Positions 56,639 through 64,000 of a stretch of 64,000 nt of DNA are shown one piece after another. Under the pieces are notes generated by a model, which was not told where the DNA came from, did not search any database, and saw only the letters and a program-made list of their open reading frames with translations. A program made the position numbers and the translations under genes. The stretch covers positions 248,001 through 312,000 of the IMG/VR virus record IMGVR_UViG_3300028666_000022; one strand, written 5' to 3'. The stretch's first letter is position 1. The number at the start of each line of letters is the position of its first letter.

Positions 56639-59600
56639 ATGGCTGTAACAAATTTAAATTCAGATCAAGCTTCGATAACAGTTGGTAATGTAACTTTAGT
56701 TGATCCAAATAAAGTCAATGTTAATTTAAATGTTGTTAATGGTATTCCTCAATATCAGGACATGTATATTTTTGCTGAATTAACAGCAACAAAAAAAGGT
56801 AGAACAGTATTAGTTACAGGTGCTAATGGTATAACAAATAATAATACTTCAGATAAATCAGTTGTTGTAAATTTCATGGGTAATGATCAAAATCCCGATT
56901 CACCTAATTATTTAAAATTCACCACAAATTGGTATGATGGAAGTGTTGGAAATAATACACAATATGAAGGTTTTGGTATTAGTAATATTAAAGTAGTTGT
57001 TAATTCATCGTTTGTTCCACAAATTAATATTCAATTTATTGATTTAAGGGGATTAGCATTTTTTAATCAATCTAATTCTCCATATAGAATACTTTTTGAT
57101 TTTCCACCACCAGTATTTCAATTAACATTAAAAGGATATTATGGTAAAGCGTTATCATATAAATTACATTTAGTTAAATATACTTCTGAATTTAGGGCAG
57201 AAAATGGAAATTACATTATTGATGCTCAATTTATTGCAATTACATATGCTCCATTAACAGATATTTTATTTAGATATGCAGTTAATTTCCCGTTGATCAA
57301 TAATGATAGCGTCTCAATTAGTTCAAACACTGGATTAGAACCAAAAAATACTTATGAATTAATATTAAAATTAAAAAATTTATATTCTGAATTTAGTGAA
57401 AAAAAGAATACTAGTACAGATAATCAAACATATGAAAATATATTAAAACAAATTAGTAATATTGATGATGCAATTTCTTTATTGGGTGCATATAATAATG
57501 ATGAGGATTTGAAAAAAAATTCAGTTCCGGTTCTCATGATGAAAAATAGTCAATTTATTACTGAAGGTGGTGATGAATTAACTACGATTAAAAATCTTTC
57601 TGAATACGATAATTATATAAAGAGTTTATCTAAAGATGGAATACCAGATAATTTAGATCAAAGATTATATATTACTTATTTGGTTAGTAATAACGTTTCA
57701 ATTCCAAATGATTTATTAGGTATTTCAGAAGGTGGTAGTACTGATTATAGAACCAATATTTTAATTGAAGCATTAGATACATATAGAAAAAATAAATTAA
57801 TTGCTAAAACCAATAATGTTTTAGGTAAAACAATAAACGATAATGATATTCCACTTGCTAGTGAATTTAGAAGTAATACTAAAAATAATACTAGTGATCC
57901 TGAAATAACAAATCTGTATGTTGGTTTAGATGTAACTAATTTTTATATTAAATTATATAAACAAAAAGCAAATTTATTAAAATTAAAATCAGATACAATG
58001 TCAGTTATTAATCAAAAAATTAATAACATGGTTATTGGAAGCCTTGGTATGAAACCAACAATATATAATATATTTAAAATTATATTAAATGATGTTGATA
58101 CTTTTTTTAATATTTTAAGAACAACATCAAATAAAGCAGAAAATGATCATCATGTTAAATACGCTAATTTAATTGCTAATAGTAATACATATAAAGATAT
58201 TATAAGTAAAATATATGCGTTTCCATTGATAATTAAACAGGAGATGATTTGTAATCAAATTAAAGAAAGTAGAATAGCACCTGTTGAATTAAGTGCTAGT
58301 TTACCTGAAGTATTTCCAGAATTAGATTTAATTAAAAACTTTATTGATACATTTACTACTCAGCAAAAAATTACTGAACTAGTAAATATGAGAGCAGAGC
58401 AAAATGCTGATGGTACATATAAATGGATTCCAATATCACCAGTAGATTCAAAACTTGCAACATCTGATTTAAATACTCCATATTATGGTGTTGATACTTC
58501 TGCAGGTGGTAATGCTTCTCAACCAATTAATTTGTCTAGTGATAGTAAATTGACACAAATATTTAAAATATTATTAAATAGATTTTATATTCTTTCACAA
58601 AGTTCATTAACAAATGATTTTTATAATACTGGAAGAGGAAGTGAAACGTTAATTAGTATGTTTTCTGCTTCAGAATCAATCAATTTAGCTGCTTCAATTA
58701 CTAATACAAATAATACAAAATTATTATCAAATGCTGCAGAACAATTTGGTGGAAATGTTAATAATTTTTATAATTATATTAAAACAAATATTCCAGATTA
58801 CTATTCTTTTACACAAGATTCAAAAGAATCGATTAAAATATCAAATGGTAGTGATATTTATGTAGATAAAAAAAATAAAAATTATCAAGGATTTATATTA
58901 TCTTCAGAACAAATCGTTATCCAATCTAATGAAGGTGGAAATAGTAATAATCCAATAGATAAATTTCAAAAAGACAATAATTTAGGATTTTGGGATAAAT
59001 TATTAAATGGTGCTAGTCGTGAAAGTTTTTATAAATTTACACAAGAAAATGTTTTTTATATTAAAGATAGTAATCCAGATGGTAGTGATGGAAATAATAA
59101 CGTAAATGTTCAAACACGTTTTGCTAGTATTAACTCTGGATCTCATTTAATTGAAGGTGTTAAGACTTATGTTGGTGTTGATATTAATGTTGATACATAT
59201 ACTAAAGATAGAATAAGACTAAGTAATATATTTGCTGAAGTTAATGTATTTAAAAATAGAATCGATGATATTAATTTTTTATCAAAAAATGGTAATAACG
59301 GTTTTAGAGAAATTGGGATAACTTCAGAAGTTCAAGCAAATGGTTTAATTTTATTTGGTGATATTATCAATATTTGGGTTAGTCAATTAAGTAATTTTGA
59401 TACTCAAATATATGATACTATTATAAATGTTGATAGTTCTAAATTTAATTCAAGGTTAAGTGCGTTAATAATATTATCTAATTTTGGATATACATTAAGT
59501 CCATTTAATATATTTCCATTTGAATTAAATAAATTAATTTTTAATATACCTGCAGCAATTGAAATACCCAGTTATTTAGCTCCATATATGGGTGCATTGG

Positions 59601-61264
59601 TTGATATTAAAGCTGGTGATAATAATTATAACGATATTTATAATTTTTTTGTTAATGGTTCAGGTAGAAATTTAGATACTTCAGGTGTTTTTATATTTGC
59701 TGATATTTTTGACATTAATAATTATTTATCTGCTAATGATAAAAAAACATTCCAAGATTCATTCAATACTTTTTATAGAAATGGTGAATCAAATACACCA
59801 TTTAGAAATATTTTGAGTTTTTTAAATTTAATTTATCTTGAAGCACAAAAAAATAAAACAATTAAAAAGGATGTGTATCAAAATGGATTAGATCCTACTA
59901 AAAATGGTAAATATTTTAATACAATACTACAGCCATTATTAATGAGAAATAATATAATAAATTTTAGTCAAATTACATTTGAACGTTCAATCGATAATAA
60001 TATTGGTTATGAATCAATTAGTGTTGTTAATGATGGTGCAGCAAATAAAAATGTTGATTTTGTAAATAAAAAAAATGTTAATGATAAGTTTTTTAAAAGT
60101 TTTTTTAGAAATTTATCTGTTGATATTAAATCAAAAGAAAATGAATTAACAAATAAAGAACAAGAAAATAAAAAACTAAGTGGTGATGATGATATTACCA
60201 CTCAAATGTATTATTCATTTAAAAATATAAATGATAAATGGCTTACTGGACCACTTAATAACAATTCTGGTTATCCATTTAATGATAATGTTAATAAAAA
60301 TTTAATTGATTCTTTTGTTTTTGTTGATAGGGCAATGAATCCAGTTGGTGATACTGTAATTAATCCTGAAATATTAGTAAATATGCTTGATGATCCAAAC
60401 ATTTCAGTATTTACTGTATTAACACAATTATTATCAAATAATGGATTTGAATTCTTTCCATTACAAAATTTTATGGATATTGATAATAATGATTGGGAAA
60501 ATTCATTTAAAATTGATACGTCTGGAATTGTTAATCAAGCACCAACATTTGTTTGTATGTATATTGGTGGTTCAAGTAGTTATCCATCGGACATTGAATC
60601 ATCTGGTAATGAATTTAAAAATGATGGAATATTAGATTTAAGTAATCCCGGTGTTAATGACTTTTCAACAGAAGGATGTCAACAAAATCCTAGTGAAGAT
60701 AATCAAACACAACAAAATAATAACTTTCAATATAGAAAAGTTAGAGCATTTAGAGTAAGATTTGGCGAACAAAATCAATCTATGTTTACTAATATTAAAA
60801 TTGATAGTAAAGAATATCCAGAAACTAACGAATCAATTCAAATATTATCAAGATTAGCTGGTGATAATAAATTAAATGCTCCCCCACCCAAAGGACAAAA
60901 TTTATATAATTTATATGAAAATAGATCATATAAAGCAACTGTAAATGGATTGGGAAATATGATGATTCAACCAACACAATATTTTCAATTAGAAAATGCA
61001 CCAATGTATAATGGTGCTTATATTATTTTAGGTGTTGAACATTTTGTAGAACCAAATAGAATGACAACTAGTTTTTATGGTACAAAAATATTAAAATATC
61101 CAGTACCTAGAGTAAAACAAGCATCTGCAATATTAGGTTTTGAGGGTGGGAATAGTGATCAAACAGATGCTAATACATCCACAGATATTAATCCTGCTGC
61201 AAATGCTGATACTAATCCAGCACAAACACAATATAATTCAATGTATAGTTTTAAAATACAATAA
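56639..61264 (+). CDS. Large baseplate-hub/tail-associated structural protein
   Basis: 1541 aa; FIDLRG...PPP.F.LTLKGYYG near the N-terminus; GNMMIQPTQYFQL...GAYII..VEH C-terminus like hub proteins; followed by a transglycosylase. Confidence 0.6.
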   Translation: MAVTNLNSDQASITVGNVTLVDPNKVNVNLNVVNGIPQYQDMYIFAELTATKKGRTVLVTGANGITNNNTSDKSVVVNFMGNDQNPDSPNYLKFTTNWYDGSVGNNTQYEGFGISNIKVVVNSSFVPQINIQFIDLRGLAFFNQSNSPYRILFDFPPPVFQLTLKGYYGKALSYKLHLVKYTSEFRAENGNYIIDAQFIAITYAPLTDILFRYAVNFPLINNDSVSISSNTGLEPKNTYELILKLKNLYSEFSEKKNTSTDNQTYENILKQISNIDDAISLLGAYNNDEDLKKNSVPVLMMKNSQFITEGGDELTTIKNLSEYDNYIKSLSKDGIPDNLDQRLYITYLVSNNVSIPNDLLGISEGGSTDYRTNILIEALDTYRKNKLIAKTNNVLGKTINDNDIPLASEFRSNTKNNTSDPEITNLYVGLDVTNFYIKLYKQKANLLKLKSDTMSVINQKINNMVIGSLGMKPTIYNIFKIILNDVDTFFNILRTTSNKAENDHHVKYANLIANSNTYKDIISKIYAFPLIIKQEMICNQIKESRIAPVELSASLPEVFPELDLIKNFIDTFTTQQKITELVNMRAEQNADGTYKWIPISPVDSKLATSDLNTPYYGVDTSAGGNASQPINLSSDSKLTQIFKILLNRFYILSQSSLTNDFYNTGRGSETLISMFSASESINLAASITNTNNTKLLSNAAEQFGGNVNNFYNYIKTNIPDYYSFTQDSKESIKISNGSDIYVDKKNKNYQGFILSSEQIVIQSNEGGNSNNPIDKFQKDNNLGFWDKLLNGASRESFYKFTQENVFYIKDSNPDGSDGNNNVNVQTRFASINSGSHLIEGVKTYVGVDINVDTYTKDRIRLSNIFAEVNVFKNRIDDINFLSKNGNNGFREIGITSEVQANGLILFGDIINIWVSQLSNFDTQIYDTIINVDSSKFNSRLSALIILSNFGYTLSPFNIFPFELNKLIFNIPAAIEIPSYLAPYMGALVDIKAGDNNYNDIYNFFVNGSGRNLDTSGVFIFADIFDINNYLSANDKKTFQDSFNTFYRNGESNTPFRNILSFLNLIYLEAQKNKTIKKDVYQNGLDPTKNGKYFNTILQPLLMRNNIINFSQITFERSIDNNIGYESISVVNDGAANKNVDFVNKKNVNDKFFKSFFRNLSVDIKSKENELTNKEQENKKLSGDDDITTQMYYSFKNINDKWLTGPLNNNSGYPFNDNVNKNLIDSFVFVDRAMNPVGDTVINPEILVNMLDDPNISVFTVLTQLLSNNGFEFFPLQNFMDIDNNDWENSFKIDTSGIVNQAPTFVCMYIGGSSSYPSDIESSGNEFKNDGILDLSNPGVNDFSTEGCQQNPSEDNQTQQNNNFQYRKVRAFRVRFGEQNQSMFTNIKIDSKEYPETNESIQILSRLAGDNKLNAPPPKGQNLYNLYENRSYKATVNGLGNMMIQPTQYFQLENAPMYNGAYIILGVEHFVEPNRMTTSFYGTKILKYPVPRVKQASAILGFEGGNSDQTDANTSTDINPAANADTNPAQTQYNSMYSFKIQ

Positions 61265-61265
61265 A

Positions 61266-62228
61266 ATGGCAAATAATATTAACTCAATTATTCCTAATTC
61301 AAAATACGAAAATTCAATAACTGCCGCTGGTGAAGAATTTATACATTTTATTTGTACGAGAGGTGGTCAAAATCTTTTAAGTGGAAAAAATAGTTATGCT
61401 TTACCATATACAAAACCATCTGTTAATAAAACTTGGACTTGTAACATATTTCACAATTTTAAAAAAATAACCACTGGAGATGATCTTGCAATTGCATTAA
61501 TCGATTGGTTTAACAAATATGCTGAAATGTATGGACTTGATGCCAATGTTATTGCAGCACAAGCATATATTGAATCTAATTATGTTATGTGGAATTATGC
61601 TGGCGGTAGTAGTTTACAAGGTCAAGATAGTACTGCTTCTGGTGTAAATCAATTTACCATGTTAACAATTTATGACATTATTATTAAAGGCACTTATGAG
61701 ACAATAAAAATGACAGCAAATGAAATCACTACATTAACCAATGGTATGAATAATCCATTAGATATAAATTCATATAGTGTTAAAAGTGCCACATATGAAG
61801 ATGCTTGGTTTAATAGACCAATTTTACATCAGAATGTTATTGATAATCCTGATATTATGATTAAAGCACAATGTAGATATATGAAAGCACTTGCTAATAG
61901 ATGTGCATCTTTAACTTCATCTTCTTTATTTTGCTATAGTAGAGGTAATTTTTATGCTGATACTTATACTAATACTATTCAAAAATGTAAACAACATTTT
62001 GTAAATAATGACAAATATCTTCAAGAAGGTCTGGATTATGTACTAAAAATATTTGGAGTGTTGGGTGATAAAAATAATGCATTAATAAAAAAGGGTGGTT
62101 ACAAACCTGCTGGTTATTATTTTGGATATGATGATACTAAAGGAAATAGTGAAAAAAATTTAAAACTAAATCAAAATTTTGATAGTTATAATGCTAATGT
62201 TAAAGAATCAGGAATGTATAAAATTTAA
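61266..62228 (+). CDS. Lytic transglycosylase (SLT-like) protein
   Basis: KYAEMYGLDANVIAAQAYIES, ASGVNQF, AQCRYM...Y.RG; start moved from 61140 to ATG 61266. Confidence 0.75.
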   Translation: MANNINSIIPNSKYENSITAAGEEFIHFICTRGGQNLLSGKNSYALPYTKPSVNKTWTCNIFHNFKKITTGDDLAIALIDWFNKYAEMYGLDANVIAAQAYIESNYVMWNYAGGSSLQGQDSTASGVNQFTMLTIYDIIIKGTYETIKMTANEITTLTNGMNNPLDINSYSVKSATYEDAWFNRPILHQNVIDNPDIMIKAQCRYMKALANRCASLTSSSLFCYSRGNFYADTYTNTIQKCKQHFVNNDKYLQEGLDYVLKIFGVLGDKNNALIKKGGYKPAGYYFGYDDTKGNSEKNLKLNQNFDSYNANVKESGMYKI

Positions 62229-62240
62229 AAACTATTTATT

Positions 62241-62262
62241 GGCAGTTTTTATAATTACTGCC
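62241..62262. terminator. Hairpin between convergent genes
   Basis: GGCAGT / ACTGCC stem. Confidence 0.5.
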
Positions 62263-62273
62263 GAAATATAGTT

Positions 62274-63062
62274 TTATATTATTTCTTTCTTTAATTCATG
62301 TAAACTAATAATATCGTCATTAATTGTATTTGAATTAAATTTCATTTCACGAATCTTCTGAATGGTTTTACTTATTTTATCTTTAATGTTTTCGTTATTA
62401 ACATTCTCTAAAATAACTAAACTATCTTTCTTATATGTTTCAAGAAGCTCTTGTTTTTCTTCATCGCTAGATTTAATGAGTGTTTTTAATAAATTTTTAT
62501 CTTCTTCATTAAGACTCTCATATTTGTCATTAAATTTACCAATAGCTAGTTCAATAACTTCTTCATTAATATCTTTAAATTCTTTATTCTCAACTAAATT
62601 TTCTTTAGAAGATTTAATGTGATTTAAAACAATAGTAAATGATTCATGAATATCATCAACATCTACATTATCATAATCATTTAAAGATTCTTTAATTAAA
62701 TTAGAAATTGAATTATATAGTTTAACTTTCTCAGAATTTGCAATTCGCGAATCGAGAATATTTTCAGTAATAAATTTATTTAATTTCTTATGTTCAACAT
62801 CAATTTCAGTATTAGTATAAACCTCAAATAATTTAATGTTATTATCAATATAACGTGTAGCACTTAAATCATCATTAATATGTTTCTTCTCAATGTTATT
62901 GAAAACCTTAAATTCTAATTGTAGGATTGGTGAATTTTTTATAACATCAAAAAAATCAGAGGTTATCTTCTTAGATTCTTCATTTAATTCATTACTAAAA
63001 TAAGAATCATTCAATTTTTTCGAAACTAATAAATTAACTACCCCAATGTTAATGTTTTCCAT
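62274..63062 (-). CDS. Hypothetical helical protein downstream of the portal (possible head-assembly protein)
   Basis: Position and late motif at 63076-85 only. Confidence 0.5.
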   Translation of the reverse strand: MENINIGVVNLLVSKKLNDSYFSNELNEESKKITSDFFDVIKNSPILQLEFKVFNNIEKKHINDDLSATRYIDNNIKLFEVYTNTEIDVEHKKLNKFITENILDSRIANSEKVKLYNSISNLIKESLNDYDNVDVDDIHESFTIVLNHIKSSKENLVENKEFKDINEEVIELAIGKFNDKYESLNEEDKNLLKTLIKSSDEEKQELLETYKKDSLVILENVNNENIKDKISKTIQKIREMKFNSNTINDDIISLHELKKEII

Positions 63063-63084
63063 ATTAATAATTTATAATAAATAC

Positions 63085-63133
63085 TATAATTTATTGTAAA
63101 AATATTATAATTTATTGTAAAAATATTATAATT
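63085..63133. repeat. 21-nt tandem repeat (2.3 copies of TATAATTTATTGTAAAAATAT)
   Basis: Direct reading. Confidence 0.85.
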
Positions 63134-63215
63134 AATTTCGTCCGAAAAATAAGATACATTTCAGACGAAATATCATTATATTTGTCACAAACATATACTA
63201 AATTTGTGAAATTAT

Positions 63216-64000
63216 TTACACTTCTAAGTCTTCTATATCCTCAAAATTAACATCTTGTACTTCATTGATGGTTTGTACTTTATTTATGCTTTCACCTTGT
63301 TTTAACATATCATCTATTTCATTAATCATATTCATTGCATTGGTATTTAGTTGAGTGTTTTTACTATCATTCTCTTTAATTATCTTCTTATGTTTAACTT
63401 CTTTTTTCAGTTCTTTTCCATAAACAAGATTTTCTATTTGCTTATTATATTCTTCTTCAGTTAAAACAGCTTTCTTATTTACAAATCCTTCACCTTCTAC
63501 TGGTGGTAATTCTGATGGTGTTTGAAATGGTTGCCCTTCTTGTGGTTTTGGTGTTTCATTAGGATTTTGAGCATCACCTGCAGGAGCATTAGAAGGATTG
63601 TTTGAACCACCTTGAGTAGTTTCACCACTTTGAGGTGTATTTCCTCCTAATGGTAATCCTTCTACTGGTTCTCCATATCTTTTATCTATATCTGTAAATA
63701 AACCAGATTTTTTGATTATAACAGGAGAATCTTGAAGCTCTTGTATTATAACCCTTTCCATCTTCTGTTGCTTTAAGTCCTCTACAATTTCTCTATCACT
63801 CATATTAAATATTTGACGTTTAGCTGTTGTATGTGACATTGGGGCAATACCATTTTCACTTCGAGTTAATTCACCATAGGTTTGTGCTTTTTCTCGCATT
63901 AATTCTGATTTTAACAATTCCTGTTGTGTTGATGGATTTGTTAATGTTAATGTGAAATCTTTTAAATCATCTCCAGAATATCCTAATAAATATAGGTGTA
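63216..64000 (-). CDS. gp20: Portal vertex protein (T4 gp20-like), C-terminal part; continues beyond the window
   Basis: Open to the window edge: HLYLLG...DFTLTLTNPSTQQE...E..REK...Y, TAKRQIFNMSD.EI; upstream of protease, scaffold and capsid genes. Confidence 0.75.
   Translation of the reverse strand, partial: HLYLLGYSGDDLKDFTLTLTNPSTQQELLKSELMREKAQTYGELTRSENGIAPMSHTTAKRQIFNMSDREIVEDLKQQKMERVIIQELQDSPVIIKKSGLFTDIDKRYGEPVEGLPLGGNTPQSGETTQGGSNNPSNAPAGDAQNPNETPKPQEGQPFQTPSELPPVEGEGFVNKKAVLTEEEYNKQIENLVYGKELKKEVKHKKIIKENDSKNTQLNTNAMNMINEIDDMLKQGESINKVQTINEVQDVNFEDIEDLEV

Noticed and set aside
61140-61265. N-terminal extension of the transglycosylase ORF given by the track
   Set aside because: Overlaps the end of the 1541-aa gene; ATG 61266 follows that stop immediately and is the more plausible start.
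46226-62622. Shadow ORFs 46226-46423, 47076-47261, 47854-48081, 52363-52647, 52776-52973, 53102-53287, 53774-54064, 55419-55610, 60007-60201, 60441-60635, 62362-62622
   Set aside because: Overlap conserved structural or endonuclease genes on the other strand or frame.
1-64000. Stop-codon reassignment (TAG or TGA read as sense), known in some Bacteroidota phages
   Set aside because: Long conserved genes are intact under code 11, and TAG (6424-26, 45395-97) and TGA (5506-08) end genes that are followed closely by new starts.
1-64000. CRISPR array, tRNA or rRNA genes
   Set aside because: No regularly spaced repeat-spacer series and no cloverleaf or rRNA-like segment seen by eye; tRNAscan/Infernal would be needed to exclude weak cases.

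Overview
Very AT-rich 64 kb segment of a large contractile-tailed (T4-like myovirus) bacteriophage genome, read in standard code 11. The host is most likely a Bacteroidota bacterium: there are several TTG-N19-22-TAnnTTTG promoters, a Bacteroidota-type lipoprotein and no Shine-Dalgarno motifs. Read along the minus strand, the window carries the morphogenesis backbone: portal C-terminus (cut by the window edge), prohead protease with an intein, scaffold, major capsid, neck gp13/gp14-like, gp15-like, tail sheath and tail tube. Baseplate/tail genes and a lytic transglycosylase lie on the plus strand. Plus-strand blocks of DNA/nucleotide-metabolism genes and small hypothetical genes break up this backbone (ATP-dependent ligase, dUTPase, UDP-glucose dehydrogenase, ThyX, MazG-like, ATP-grasp, SF1 helicase with intein, HslV-like peptidase). 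The window is heavily colonised by homing-endonuclease-type genes: about eight free-standing GIY-YIG or zinc-finger/PD-(D/E)xK ORFs or fragments, two inteins, and a LAGLIDADG inserted in frame in ThyX with no splicing motifs. The most unusual observations are: the splice-less endonuclease insert in ThyX; a 26-aa scaffold repeat identical in protein but synonymously diverged at 12 codons; an unannotated 49-aa proline-rich tandem-repeat peptide heading a membrane-gene cluster; a nuclease cluster sharing one HTH+AVCKKT module with a 201-bp inverted repeat; and a candidate late promoter GTATTTATA. All family calls come from motifs recognised by eye; no database searches were run. No tRNA, rRNA or CRISPR array was seen.
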